Positions 29,512-40,849 of a DNA stretch of 64,000 nucleotides are shown in pieces. The DNA is from Candidatus Freyarchaeum deiterrae (GTDB lineage Archaea; Asgardarchaeota; Jordiarchaeia; Jordiarchaeales; Jordiarchaeaceae), in assembly GCA_037305845.1 (NCBI GenBank), contig CP147778.1, positions 256,001 through 320,000 on the forward strand, read 5' to 3'. Both the position numbers and the translations under genes were made by a program. Under the pieces are notes generated by a model that worked only from the letters and a program-made list of their open reading frames with translations, searched no databases and was not told where the DNA came from. Position 1 is the stretch's first letter; the number at the start of each line of letters is the position of its first letter.

Positions 29512-29889
29512 AGTAGCCCCCCCAAACAAAACCTAGTGATGCTGCCAAATCAGAAGAGATAGTTATTCAACGGAGAAAAAAAGGCTTTTAATGTGGTAAT
29601 ATTTTTCAACTCCAAAAAAGGTCGCATATTAAGATCACCAGCTCCCTTTTTTTAATAATGCTTGATAACTGAATCGCTATCTCTCTTCTTTAGAAGCCGA
29701 CTACTATACTATGAAAAGGAGGCTGCTTCTTAAATCGTGATCAATTTTCATGCCAGAAATCAAATTCAGTAAGTGTCCGTCTACAAAAGCTGTTTTTATA
29801 AGTTTTTCAGTTGGAGAATCACTGGAAAGAGTTAAAATGATTGTTAGCCTATTCATATTTTTTAACGAATATAAGAAAGGGGATACTGA

Positions 29890-30888
29890 ATGAAGATTGC
29901 TTTCTTTGAAACAGAAGAGTGGGAGAGAGAGTACTTGTCAAAAGGATTGGAAGGGTACTCTATTGAGTTTTTTGATGGCCCCTTGAATTCCAAAAATTTG
30001 GATAAAGTAAAGGATTATGAAGTTTTTTCTGTGTCTATCTACTCAAAAGTTAGTCGAGAAGTTATTCAGAAATTGCCGAAACTGAGATTCATTTCTACGA
30101 GGTCCACGGGTTTTGACCACATAGATATCAATGAGTGTAAAGAAAGGAGTATTACCGTTTCTAATGTGCCTACGTACGGTGAGAACACTGTTGCTGAGCA
30201 CGCTTTTGCATTAATCTTGTCGATTACACGAAATGTGCACAAGTCGTATGTGAAGAGCTTGAACGAGGATTATTCAATGGAAGGCTTGAAAGGTTTCGAT
30301 CTGAAGGGAAAAACATTGGGGGTGGTGGGGACCGGGAATATCGGTTTGCACGTTATTAGGATGGCTAAGGGTTTTGGTATGAAGGTTATTGCTTACGACG
30401 TTAAGAGGCAGAAATTCCTTGCCGAGGTTCTTGATTTTACTTACGCTGGAACTCTTGATGAACTTTTGAAGCAGTCCGATATAGTGAGCCTGCATGTTCC
30501 CTATAGCAAACAAACTCACCACATGATTAACGGGGAAAAGCTCCTACTCATGAAAAAGGGAAGCATTCTGATCAATACTGCGAGAGGGGGCTTGGTGGAT
30601 AACAGCGCACTAATTGAAGCCTTGGATAATGGTACACTTAGAGGGGTTGGGCTTGACGTTATCGAGGGAGAAGAAGCAATCAAAGAAGAGAAAGCGTGCC
30701 TAATCGATGGCAGAAACAAAGCATTCTGTAATTTCATGGAGGAATTAGTTGTTAAACACCCCGACAAGGTAGTCTTTACCCCACACATCGCCTTCTACAG
30801 TCAGGAAGCACTGGAAAGAATTCTGGACACCACAATAGAGAACATCAAATCTTTTGAAGCGGGTCAGCCAGAAAACGTTATAGCATAG
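29890..30888 (+). CDS. D-isomer-specific 2-hydroxyacid (D-lactate-like) dehydrogenase
   Basis: STGFDHID, GTGNIG, INTARG, LDVIEGE, TPHIAF. Confidence 0.95.
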   Translation: MKIAFFETEEWEREYLSKGLEGYSIEFFDGPLNSKNLDKVKDYEVFSVSIYSKVSREVIQKLPKLRFISTRSTGFDHIDINECKERSITVSNVPTYGENTVAEHAFALILSITRNVHKSYVKSLNEDYSMEGLKGFDLKGKTLGVVGTGNIGLHVIRMAKGFGMKVIAYDVKRQKFLAEVLDFTYAGTLDELLKQSDIVSLHVPYSKQTHHMINGEKLLLMKKGSILINTARGGLVDNSALIEALDNGTLRGVGLDVIEGEEAIKEEKACLIDGRNKAFCNFMEELVVKHPDKVVFTPHIAFYSQEALERILDTTIENIKSFEAGQPENVIA

Positions 30889-30973
30889 ATTCCATGTAAT
30901 AGTAAGGTTATTGAATCAGTTCAGTTAATGAACGCTGGCAGATATCCTACAAAAAAATGGAGGTGAACTGGAA

Positions 30974-31192
30974 ATGGTTAAAGATGAGGAACACGAAATA
31001 GCTGAAACTATGGCTGCTAACGCTTCATACCTGCAGGAAATTCTATGGGAGGCTCTGTCTATGAGGTTGTTTCTGAAGAAGAAGGGACTCCTGGACGAGT
31101 ATGTCGACGATAAGGAGATTATTAACGAGACCGATAACCTGTTTGAAAATGCTTTCAAAGAAATCGCAAAGGATGAAGACCAAGAAGAATAA
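30974..31192 (+). CDS. Small acidic hypothetical protein
   Basis: GGAGGTG RBS; 72 aa. Confidence 0.65.
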   Translation: MVKDEEHEIAETMAANASYLQEILWEALSMRLFLKKKGLLDEYVDDKEIINETDNLFENAFKEIAKDEDQEE

Positions 31193-31703
31193 TGACAAAA
31201 AAAAGGAGACGCATTTTAGTAGTATCAGTAGAGGAATAGTTGGACACATTCCATGATGCGTTTCTGTCGAAATCCCTTTTCGCTAGCTAGTTCTTTCTAT
31301 TAGTTTGGGAAATTTTTGAATCCTATTCACAATTTTTCAATTTTTTATAGCCTTTCGTAAATTAATTTTTTCATTTTTCCAGTGGAAATAAAGGGGCTGT
31401 TGAGAGAATCGCAATACTAAAGCTCCAATGTTTATAAATAGACCCCAAAATTAATGCCAAGTTCTCAGCTTTGCTTATAAGGAATCATCAAAAATCGCGT
31501 TCACGAAAATCCTCAACCCTAGTTTTACACTCTTCTCTTCGAAAAGGATTAGGCTCAAAAATAAAAAAAATTTAATCTAGTGCGGATATCCGAAGCATAA
31601 TCTACTATGTTTTTATCTTATTATTCCCGCGATATATTATTTGATTTAAAAAATGATTATTTTCAGTTACTTGACAGAGTCTCCCTGTGGGTAAATCAGG
31701 CTC

Positions 31704-32885
31704 CTAGTATTTGTGGAATCCCTTTCCCGCTGCTTGACCAGTCCACCCATTCTTTACATATTCCTCGAATAAGGGGCAGGGCTTGTACAGTTCCATCTCA
31801 TACTCGGTATACAGTTTATTCAGGATTTCGAGCAGTTTATCCAGGCCTATGGTGTCTGCCAGCTCGCACATCCCAACGGGGGCCATTAAGCCTAGTTTTG
31901 TGACGGTATCTATTGTTTTGGGGTCGGCCATCTTGTCAGTGATCAACCAAAAGGCTTCGTTAGCCGCGTTAGCAAATACTCTCATAACGTCGTACTTGCC
32001 TGCAAGTTTTAAGTCTATTACTGGTGGCCCTTTACTCCAATCAAAGAATCCTCTACCGCTTTTCTTCCCCAATCTTCCATCTCTAATCATCGTTAATAAC
32101 AGGTTCTCGGGAAATTCGAGGCGTTTTCCATAAGCTTTGCGGAAAATCCTGCTGACTTCTAATGCAACGTCTAATCCAATTTGATCGACGGCTTCAGCAA
32201 GGCCGGTGGATATTCCTAGCGCCCTGAATGAGGCGTCTAGCTCCTCGGGTGTTACTTCTCCTCTCTGGATTGCCCATAGGGCGTCTTTACTAAGGCCTTC
32301 GAGAACTCTGTTGAGGACGGCTCCATTCATATCCTTCTCTAAGGTCACAGGTGTTTTCCCTATCTTTTCAGCTACTCCTGCTATTGTTTTCAGGGTTTCT
32401 TCGCTAGTCTGTTCGCCCTTCATCACCTCTACTAGAGGGCTTAGAATTGGTGGATTCGAGAAGTGCATGAGCCCAATCCTGTCTGCTCCTTTCAATCCCT
32501 TAGCTATATCTGAGACCCTCAGACTCGAGGTGTTAGTAGCGAGAACCACCTCTTGGGGAAGCGTGTTATCTAGCTCTTTGAAAAGCTTTCTCTTTATGCT
32601 CAAGTCCTCTTTTACAGCCTCAAGGACGAAGTCCACATCCTTAACGTCTTCCAGCTTAGTGGCAACAGTTATTTTTTCTCGGACTGTTTCGAATTCTTTC
32701 CTTGTCACCCCAAGTGCGTGAAGCTCATCCATTGTCCTCTTCTGTTTCTCTGCCAGCCTATCCAACGCCGCCTGTGATATATCATTTACAACCACGTCAA
32801 AATCTGAGAAGGCGAAGAGAAGAGAAAAATCAGACCCCATCGTTCCTGCACCAATGACAGCAACGCGATTTATCTTATCAGCCAT
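31704..32885 (-). CDS. 3-hydroxyacyl-CoA dehydrogenase (two C-terminal domains)
   Basis: GAGTMG, EAVKED, TNTSS, MHFSNP, LGKKSGRGF. Confidence 0.95.
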   Translation of the reverse strand: MADKINRVAVIGAGTMGSDFSLLFAFSDFDVVVNDISQAALDRLAEKQKRTMDELHALGVTRKEFETVREKITVATKLEDVKDVDFVLEAVKEDLSIKRKLFKELDNTLPQEVVLATNTSSLRVSDIAKGLKGADRIGLMHFSNPPILSPLVEVMKGEQTSEETLKTIAGVAEKIGKTPVTLEKDMNGAVLNRVLEGLSKDALWAIQRGEVTPEELDASFRALGISTGLAEAVDQIGLDVALEVSRIFRKAYGKRLEFPENLLLTMIRDGRLGKKSGRGFFDWSKGPPVIDLKLAGKYDVMRVFANAANEAFWLITDKMADPKTIDTVTKLGLMAPVGMCELADTIGLDKLLEILNKLYTEYEMELYKPCPLFEEYVKNGWTGQAAGKGFHKY

Positions 32886-33058
32886 ATAAACATCTACTCC
32901 AATAATATAGCTTTAAGAAACTAACATTTATAAAAATATATTAGTTACCTGCCTCTAAATGATTCTCTATTACAGTAATTTTCTATTACAAAAAAATAGT
33001 ATGAGAGGACTTTTGCCTCCCTTTTAACTAATCTTACTCAAACAATCTATAGTTCGTC

Positions 33059-34288
33059 TTAGGGACTGACCTTTATAGTTTCTGCAAGTGCTGGTGCAGG
33101 TGCAGGGTATGTGTAGAATCCTCTTCCCGCAGCTTTACCTGTCCATCCTTTGTTCACGTATTCTACGAGCAGTGGGCAGGGCTTGTATACTTCTAATCCA
33201 GTTTTCTTGTACCTTTCCTTCAGGATGTCGAGCAGTTTATCTAGCCCTATGGCGTCTGCCAGTTCTCCAATTCCGACTAGAGACCTGAATCCGAGCATGA
33301 CAATCTTGTTTATGGTTTCTGCGTCTGCTACTTTGTCCCTGAGTAACCAGAAGGCTTCGTTAGTTGTGACGGCTATAGTTCTTGTAGCATCGTATTTTCC
33401 CTCGAGCTTCATGTCTATCACAGGGTTTCCTTTACTCCAGTCGAAGAATCCTTGTCCGCTCTTCTTTCCCAGTTTCCCTTCTTTAATTCTGGCTTCCAAC
33501 ATTTTCTCGGGTACACGGAAGCGTTCTCCGTAAACCCTGCGGTAGTTCTTGCTCATGGCTAGCATAATATCTAATCCTACTAAATCTGCGCCTATTGGAA
33601 ACCCTACGGGGAATCCAATCAATCTGTGCCGGACTTCAATTTCCTCTGGTGTTACTTCTTTCTTATGAATCGCCCATAAGGCTTCGGTTCCGGCACTCAT
33701 TAGAATTCTGTCGAGTACCATACCATTCACGTCTTTTCTAAGAACCACTGGGGTTTTCCCGATTTTCTCAGCTACCCAAAATATTGCCCTGAGGGTTTCT
33801 TCAGTGGTTTTTTCTCCCTTCACCACTTCCACTAGTGGACTTTGAATCGGTGGATTTGAGAAATGCATTCCTCCGAGTCTTTTCGCTCCCTTTAATCCTT
33901 TAGCTATATCTGTGGTTCTTATGCTTGAAGTGTTAGTGGCAAAAATCACGCGCATTGGGAGCTTCTTATCAAGTTTCTTGAAAACTTTTCTCTTCGCATC
34001 CAGATCCTCAGCCACGGCCTCTAGCACGAAGTCTACGTCTTTAATGTCGGCTAGGTTAGTTGTTGTGGTTATTCTTTTCTCAACATCTTCGTACGTTTCC
34101 TGTGTTATTCCCGCTGCACGAATCTCATCCATTGACGCTCTCTGTTTATCTCCCAGCCTGTCCAATGCCTCCTTTGACCTGTCAATTACGATAACGTCAA
34201 AGTCAGCAAAGGCTAATAGAAGTGAAAGATCAGAACCCATAGTTCCCGCCCCGATAACGGCGGTACGTCTAATCGTATCAAAAGACAT
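33059..34288 (-). CDS. 3-hydroxyacyl-CoA dehydrogenase, tandem paralog
   Basis: GAGTMG, EAVAED, TNTSS, MHFSNP, LGKKSGQGF. Confidence 0.95.
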   Translation of the reverse strand: MSFDTIRRTAVIGAGTMGSDLSLLLAFADFDVIVIDRSKEALDRLGDKQRASMDEIRAAGITQETYEDVEKRITTTTNLADIKDVDFVLEAVAEDLDAKRKVFKKLDKKLPMRVIFATNTSSIRTTDIAKGLKGAKRLGGMHFSNPPIQSPLVEVVKGEKTTEETLRAIFWVAEKIGKTPVVLRKDVNGMVLDRILMSAGTEALWAIHKKEVTPEEIEVRHRLIGFPVGFPIGADLVGLDIMLAMSKNYRRVYGERFRVPEKMLEARIKEGKLGKKSGQGFFDWSKGNPVIDMKLEGKYDATRTIAVTTNEAFWLLRDKVADAETINKIVMLGFRSLVGIGELADAIGLDKLLDILKERYKKTGLEVYKPCPLLVEYVNKGWTGKAAGRGFYTYPAPAPALAETIKVSP

Positions 34289-34605
34289 GTGTGTTTATCC
34301 CTCCAATATTCCTTCAGATTTTTTAATCCCCAACTGCCTAAATTTTTAGGCTCAAACACATCGTCAAAAACAGGCAATAAGTTGCAGTATTTAAATGTTT
34401 TTTAGAATGACCACTAATATTCTCGAGAGAATTTCACACTCGCTTTTATCTACAAGAGTTCATGTACTTCTCATTACTTTAATAAGAAAATCGTGGCTGA
34501 TTTTTTTTATTCATGCTATTGGTTACGAGAGAAGAATAAGATGTGAATAAGATATAATTAGTCACACAAAAAAAAGAAAGAGATAGAGATGGTTTAATTT
34601 TGCGG

Positions 34606-36321
34606 TTAGACTAATTTACCTACGAATATAACGCCGGATCCGATTGCTGCAGCGGGTCCCATGCTACTGATAACTATGCTGATATTGCCGAGTTCCCCGG
34701 TGCCCTTATACACTTCAAGGTTGCTCAGAGATTTTTGCGAGACAATGCTCCAAATAGCACTTATGCTGTCTGTTTCGAGGTTGATTGTGCTTGCGTTAAT
34801 GAAGATTGTTGTTTTGCCGGAGGTCCAACTATTGTTGCTATTTATTATACCGAATCCTATGAGCATCCTGTGGCTGATTAACCACTGATAGGTGGGTACA
34901 TTGACTTTTCCTGCACTGTATACACCGGCATAGACATCGAGGTGGCCGAATCCGAATAGGATATTTTCAGTGATGTCTGGATTAGCGATTCCGTTTGGTA
35001 CGGGTAGTCCAAAGAGTATAAGTCCAAATTTCCCACTGGTGAAACTAAGTAGTGGAACGTTTATTTGGATGTAGTGATCATCGAAATCGAATGTTACATA
35101 CGGGGAGTTATTCCAATTCTGTATGTTAGTGGTTTCTAAGCCTAGCCTATTTGGCCACCACCTGTCGAATGTCGATTCTATTCGTATATCTATGCTAGCG
35201 TTGCCGTAGCCGGGATATATGTTACTAATCGCACCCGGTAGAACGTGAATAGCGGTGTATATAACATACGCGCAGAAATCTGTGATAGTTAAATTAGCCC
35301 AGGGTTGTCCAGTTATGGGATTATTAGTTTGATTTGTGGGAATGGCGCCGGTAGCATTAGCGGGAGCATTGGGATTAGCTATGGCGTATAGATATAGAGA
35401 TCTCCCTCCTGGGGTAGCACCTAGAGCAGAGTTGTATACGTCCATCGCCCATAGTCCGGCTAAGTTCATGAGGTTTAAGTCTTGAGTTAGGTTGTCTGTG
35501 TTGGTCACAGCACTAAAAACCTTTCCTCCAGGCCCACCATCGAGTAGGATTATTCCCTTTAAGTCTTGTGCCCAGTATAGCGATGCGTAGTTCATCGCTG
35601 CGATTCCACCGAAGCTCTCACCTGCCATGTAGATTTTGTTGGCTCCGGATATGACTTTGGTTGCTTCTACGGCTGCTTTTATGTCACCTATCCACTGATC
35701 CCAGCCCCAGTTCTGCATGAATGATAGGTTGCTCAGGTTCAGGTTTTCGGGTACGTAGTGTGTTCTGTAGTTTATGGAGTAGACATCGAAGCCTCTATTC
35801 GCTAGGTATGGAGCTATGCTGAAGTTTTCAGTAGTGTTGTAAGGGGAGCCAGGCGGGTTCGTGAGCAGTTGATCACCGCTGCTCCATGTTCCGGGGTTGA
35901 TGAAAACTACTCCCTTGCTCGGAAGTTGGCTTGGGTCCACCAGTCTAACTAGACCGATTTCATCGTAGGGACCGTAGGGCGGTCGAGCGGTTACCCATGA
36001 ATACTGCTTCAGATTGGAGTAGGCACCAAAAGTCACACCGTTCACTGTCAGATTCCACCCATCGAAAGATTTAGCTAATATTGTAGTAGAACCGGTTATG
36101 CTTACCGATTTAGAATTTGTAGACGATGTAGCGGCAGACATTGAACCAGTGAGATTTGCCAAAATAAGGTTGGAGGAATTTGCTGACGCGGAAGTTACTG
36201 AGACCGCAGTAGCGGTAAACATTAGTCCAATAACTACTAAAGCTACTAAAGCCGAAATTTTAGCCTTGTGCGTTTCTTCCTTCTCTCCTCTTATCTGGGT
36301 ATTTGTTTCATTGCGCCCCAC
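34606..36321 (-). CDS. Secreted or membrane-anchored alpha/beta hydrolase
   Basis: N-terminal hydrophobic segment, GESFGG nucleophile elbow, FGHLD; many N-x-S/T sequons. Confidence 0.85.
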   Translation of the reverse strand: MGRNETNTQIRGEKEETHKAKISALVALVVIGLMFTATAVSVTSASANSSNLILANLTGSMSAATSSTNSKSVSITGSTTILAKSFDGWNLTVNGVTFGAYSNLKQYSWVTARPPYGPYDEIGLVRLVDPSQLPSKGVVFINPGTWSSGDQLLTNPPGSPYNTTENFSIAPYLANRGFDVYSINYRTHYVPENLNLSNLSFMQNWGWDQWIGDIKAAVEATKVISGANKIYMAGESFGGIAAMNYASLYWAQDLKGIILLDGGPGGKVFSAVTNTDNLTQDLNLMNLAGLWAMDVYNSALGATPGGRSLYLYAIANPNAPANATGAIPTNQTNNPITGQPWANLTITDFCAYVIYTAIHVLPGAISNIYPGYGNASIDIRIESTFDRWWPNRLGLETTNIQNWNNSPYVTFDFDDHYIQINVPLLSFTSGKFGLILFGLPVPNGIANPDITENILFGFGHLDVYAGVYSAGKVNVPTYQWLISHRMLIGFGIINSNNSWTSGKTTIFINASTINLETDSISAIWSIVSQKSLSNLEVYKGTGELGNISIVISSMGPAAAIGSGVIFVGKLV

Positions 36322-36655
36322 ACTCGGCGCTCTGAAAGGGAAGCCCCATGAAGATAAGTGTGTGATAACTTTACTTCATAAAAACTCCCTTTCGCCAAGT
36401 TTTCTTGTATAACTTATATAAAAGCCTTTGTGTTGAGAAAGCAAGGTAGTGCCTTGAAGAAAAACGGAGAAGAAAAAATTAGAAAATCTTTACAAATCTT
36501 TTTGTAAAAATAGAATATTTAAAAACAATTACCTCGCTATTGCTAAACCCTTGATAAGAACCGAGGAATATTGGAGTTTAATGGCAATTTGAATATTATG
36601 GGGGGGGGTAAAAAATTTTTAATTCGAAAAAAAGTGGTGAGGGATAAAAGCTCGA

Positions 36656-36841
36656 TTAGAAATCTTCGTCGAATTCCTCTTCATCTTCGCCGAATTCCTT
36701 TGCTTTGCCGAATTCCTCTTCTTCCTCTTCTTCCTCTTCCTCTTCTCTGACTTTCTTTTCCTTTCCTTTAGCAGGTTTTGCTTTAGCGGGTTTTTCTTTA
36801 GCAGGTTTTGAGAATTGAGGTTTCTTTCCTTTTCCAGCCAT
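36656..36841 (-). CDS. Small bipolar low-complexity protein (basic N-half, acidic C-half)
   Basis: AAGGAGGT RBS upstream of the ATG; KPAK repeats followed by E11 and D/E/F. Confidence 0.75.
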   Translation of the reverse strand: MAGKGKKPQFSKPAKEKPAKAKPAKGKEKKVREEEEEEEEEEEFGKAKEFGEDEEEFDEDF

Positions 36842-37267
36842 TTTACGACCTCCTTATACCTATTTTTAAGCTCTAAGGAAGTTAATAGTGCATTATACTG
36901 ATTCACCTTTTATTATTTTAAGGATTTTCCCACAAATGCAGAAAACTTAGCACCAGTCAAGTTTTCACAGTAATGTAATCATCGCCCCAATTACAGCCAG
37001 CAAGAAACTTTAGCGCCTTTCCCAACCCAAAATATTTTGTAGTCGAAAAAATGAAATCTTTTTGGTAAATTAATTCTTTTTCAGTGTGATGACAAAAAAG
37101 TTCGGTTTAGGCATCGATTGTGAGTGGCGTGTAAGATGCAAATTCTTTTAACCCGTAAGATGCCTTTGAATCCTTAGATTTGTCTGTTTAATTAGTTTCG
37201 CTGTGACTGGCATGCCTTTAATCGTGAAAGGTTTAACAAGTGATACTCATCTCCTGGGGTGAATTGA

Positions 37268-37933
37268 GTGATTATTGTGGACAATCGTGAAAATAGAAGT
37301 ATAGTTCCCAAGCAGCTGGAAAAGTTTGGGGTAGAAATTCGGTTTGCGGATTTACCTGTAGGCGACTATTTGTTAAGTGATACTTTGTGCGTTGAGAGGA
37401 AGGAGATTAATGATTACGTCTCCAGCTTAACTTCTGGGCACCTTCACGCTCAGCTTTACGACCTCAGCACAAATTTTGAAGTGAGCTACCTTATTGTGGA
37501 GGGAATAATTTCGGAAGTTTTGATGTATCGAAAAATTAAGAGGGAGGTTTACCTCTCATCGCTGGCGGGTGCCTCGCTTAGAAGGAGCTCGGAGGGTAAG
37601 AAGGGAATAGTTCAAATAATCAATCTCGAAACAGCGTTTGACACAGCGGTTTTTTTGAAGAATCTAAACGAAAGGGTGGGAAGCAATGAACCTCGCATTC
37701 CCAGAATTTCGAGAGTAAAATGTGGGGCGGGCGATCAGCTCATATTTATTGTGTCGTCGCTTCCCGGGATTGGTGAGATTCGGGCGAAGAAGCTTTTGGA
37801 ACACTTCGGGGATCTTAGAAGGCTGGTTAATGCGGATGCGGATGAGATAGCCAGTATTCGGGGAATAGGGACAAAAACAGCGAGAGAGATACAAAAGCTG
37901 TTTGTTAAAAAGTACGATGGAGGGGACGAATAA
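37268..37933 (+). CDS. xpf: Short XPF/ERCC4 structure-specific nuclease with a tandem HhH domain
   Basis: VDNRE, GDY, VERK...D, LIVEG, LPGIG...IRGIG. Confidence 0.92.
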   Translation: MIIVDNRENRSIVPKQLEKFGVEIRFADLPVGDYLLSDTLCVERKEINDYVSSLTSGHLHAQLYDLSTNFEVSYLIVEGIISEVLMYRKIKREVYLSSLAGASLRRSSEGKKGIVQIINLETAFDTAVFLKNLNERVGSNEPRIPRISRVKCGAGDQLIFIVSSLPGIGEIRAKKLLEHFGDLRRLVNADADEIASIRGIGTKTAREIQKLFVKKYDGGDE

Positions 37934-38029
37934 ATGATAACAAAACTCGTCTCCTTCAACCACAGTCTGTAAAAAGTTGTGGATGATATTAATCAAGCGA
38001 AACTTCATGAGTTTAATGTTGGTTGTTTT

Positions 38030-38962
38030 TCATATTGGTGCGGGGTAGGGCATCCCTCTCCTGAGTTCTGCAGCTTCAACAGTGTTTTCGACTCTTTTGA
38101 CGGTATCTTCGTCAACATCCAGCTCTCTTGCTATTTCGTCGCTTCTCATTCCTTTTTCTAAACAGTATAGTATGGGATCTAGTGTTTCGTATTTTATACC
38201 TATTATAGTTTCAGCCGTGGCTATTGTTCCCAAGATCATATCGGGACTTGAAGGTTTCTCTGTTATGTTTTTTGGGACTCCTAGGTACTCACCGAACTGT
38301 TTTACCTGAGTTTTGTAAAGGTTCTTAATCGGCGCGATTTCGGCGGCTCCGTCCCCATGTTCATCATAATTACTTACAAGCCATTCCGTCTTGGTTGACG
38401 TTCCTACGACTAATAGTTTTCTTAGACAGCCCTGATGGAAGAGTATTACGCTTCTTAGTCTTACTTTTGGAAGGACGAAGCAGTACGCGCGCGTACCGGC
38501 CTTGAAGTCAATTATTGGTAAATATTTTGGTTTGGCTTCGAAAGTGGCCGATCTAAATGTTTCTGCTAGCCGCTCCATGAGTAACTTTTTATCCTTCACG
38601 ATTTCGTCTGTAAGTGAATCGTATACTCCTATTTTCCTAAGTATCGGGGTTAGATCAAACGTCTCATACTTTATTTTCAGTTTTTTGGCCAGCTGCTCCG
38701 CATCTTTCATGTTTTGTGGTTCGCTGTCTCTATCCGGCATCAAAAGACCAAACACTTTATCGGGCCCTAAAGCCCTAACACTTAAAGCAACCGTAACACT
38801 CGAGTCCAGACCACCACTCAGACCAACAATAGCACCTTCTTTCCTGAAACTTTGGACAGAACTCCTTATAAAATCCTCAATTTTTTCAGACACGGACTCA
38901 TAATCCAGTGTTAATGACTCGTAAATAGAGGCTTTCATAACAACCCTCCTTTTGGCAACCAC
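38030..38962 (-). CDS. nadE: NH3-dependent NAD+ synthetase
   Basis: GLSGGLDS, HGDGA, LYKTQV, KPSSPD. Confidence 0.92.
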   Translation of the reverse strand: MVAKRRVVMKASIYESLTLDYESVSEKIEDFIRSSVQSFRKEGAIVGLSGGLDSSVTVALSVRALGPDKVFGLLMPDRDSEPQNMKDAEQLAKKLKIKYETFDLTPILRKIGVYDSLTDEIVKDKKLLMERLAETFRSATFEAKPKYLPIIDFKAGTRAYCFVLPKVRLRSVILFHQGCLRKLLVVGTSTKTEWLVSNYDEHGDGAAEIAPIKNLYKTQVKQFGEYLGVPKNITEKPSSPDMILGTIATAETIIGIKYETLDPILYCLEKGMRSDEIARELDVDEDTVKRVENTVEAAELRRGMPYPAPI

Positions 38963-39099
38963 TCCACTATAGAGTAGAATAGAAGAAAAACATAGACCTC
39001 ATTTCTGAGGAATATATTTTGGACTTTAATTTGGAGTTCTTTTCTAATAAACTCTACTGTTATCCCGCTATTACAGTTTTTATAGTGGTCTTGGAATGC

Positions 39100-40560
39100 T
39101 CACTCTATAGGTGTAAATCTGGTCTGTATGTCTCTTTCTGAGATATTCAAGCCTGTTATGTACATTTTTGTTTTGGGGATCTCTCCGTAAAACACGATGC
39201 TCCCGTCTATATTTTCGAATTTGAGGTAAGATGACGCCACTTGAGTTGGCAGTCTTAAATTCTCGTGTCCGAATTGAAACATTATCATGATACCGTTTAG
39301 TTGTTTTATTCTTTCAATCCAAGTTTGAATTATTTTTGTAAGCTCCTTCGTTCCATAAATGTACGCCATTGTGTCACTTGCAATTGTAACAAAGATGGTA
39401 TCCGCTTGAACCTCGTCTAAAACTTTAACAGCCAACTCTGTTAAACTATTAAGATCTTCGATGAAATTTTCTCCCTTCAAAAAGTGTGTATCATACGTTT
39501 CAGTATTAAGTGGAGCGTTTTCTGAGGGTAAGAATACATGGAAACATTTCTTTAAATACTTAAGAGAATTATCTCCTAAAGAAGAGACTAACTTTTCACC
39601 TAAATCAGAGGAGGGTTCACTTTTTACAACATCATAGGAGAAGAGACCCTTAGAGGGAATGGTAAAGACAGGATAGCCCTGAAGGACGAAATTTAAAAAT
39701 ATGGGGCTCACAATACCAGCGTGGTCTGACCCCACCATGTTACCTATATCTAGTACGTTGAAGGATTTCCTTTCGAAGCCTCCTCCCAATATTTTGTCTA
39801 ACTCAGTTACTAAAGTGGGAATTTTTAATCCTTTCTTCTTTTCAAATTTTGGTAATTCCGCACGTACAACGTTTATTTTAATACCCTTATCAAAGGCCAT
39901 AAATCTGCCATCTTTGAGAGTAAAAAGATAAGTGGGGTATTCTATTTTTGTTCCTCTAACTTTTTCAATGTACAATTTTCTTAAAAGTCTTCCATTCACG
40001 ACCTCTTTTTCCAGCCTTATTACTCCGTCCACAAGATAGTCCAATTTACTTTCCGAAGATAATTCACTTATGAAAATTACTTTAGCATTTAATTTATTTG
40101 CGATTTCTAGGATATCACTTTCCATGCTAAAGTCATCACATGGAATTTTCAGATTTGATTTTAAGGCGTCCAAACTGTCCACAATAATGCTGGTTTTTTC
40201 TCCTTTAGAATCCATAACCCTTGAGTACAAACTTCTCAAGAAACTTGGTTTATCAACGTATTCAAAAAGTGCTTCTTGCTTAGTGTCAGAATACAAGTTG
40301 GCATTAGCGTCTAAAACGTTTTCTTGGTGAATACAAGACTTAGACCATGGAAACTGTTCGTAGAGTCTTTCGGGAGAAACCCTTGTCGACAAGTACACCG
40401 CCCTGCAATTCTCTGGAAAAAGCCTCAAAAGTTCGAGGGCCATGGTGGTTTTACCTGTACCGGCATTGCCCTTAATGTGAAGAGAGAAGGTACGAGATTC
40501 TAATGCTTGAATAATTTCCTGAGGAACATTTAGGGTTAAAATAGCTAACCGCACCCCCAT
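39100..40560 (-). CDS. GvpD/KaiC/RAD55-like double RecA-fold ATPase
   Basis: GNAGTGKT, IIVDSLD, YLVDGVI, IEKVRG; the second domain (ELDKILGGG) has a degenerate P-loop. Confidence 0.85.
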   Translation of the reverse strand: MGVRLAILTLNVPQEIIQALESRTFSLHIKGNAGTGKTTMALELLRLFPENCRAVYLSTRVSPERLYEQFPWSKSCIHQENVLDANANLYSDTKQEALFEYVDKPSFLRSLYSRVMDSKGEKTSIIVDSLDALKSNLKIPCDDFSMESDILEIANKLNAKVIFISELSSESKLDYLVDGVIRLEKEVVNGRLLRKLYIEKVRGTKIEYPTYLFTLKDGRFMAFDKGIKINVVRAELPKFEKKKGLKIPTLVTELDKILGGGFERKSFNVLDIGNMVGSDHAGIVSPIFLNFVLQGYPVFTIPSKGLFSYDVVKSEPSSDLGEKLVSSLGDNSLKYLKKCFHVFLPSENAPLNTETYDTHFLKGENFIEDLNSLTELAVKVLDEVQADTIFVTIASDTMAYIYGTKELTKIIQTWIERIKQLNGIMIMFQFGHENLRLPTQVASSYLKFENIDGSIVFYGEIPKTKMYITGLNISERDIQTRFTPIE

Positions 40561-40849
40561 AAATTGGTTTTTAAATCACATTTTTTGAGGTTTTAAGAAT
40601 GTAGTTTATAGATTTGTAAGTTATCATACCATAATGTTTCTTTTTTTTGTGAAATCGACAAAGTTATTTGAGAATATCAAAAAAGCAAAACTACATTTCT
40701 AAGAAATTACTTAGAATTCATTCTTATATTTCTATCTCCCTCTATTTCCTCTGGAAAAATGCTGTAAGGTGTAAAATCTATTTAAACAACCCTTTAGGGT
40801 AAAAAATCAATAATCAAAATGGCTATCTGACAAAGCATTGAGACGTCTA

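Noticed and set aside
39100-40560. Gas vesicle or circadian clock locus
   Set aside because: No gvpA or kaiB-type neighbours; it is a stand-alone ATPase.
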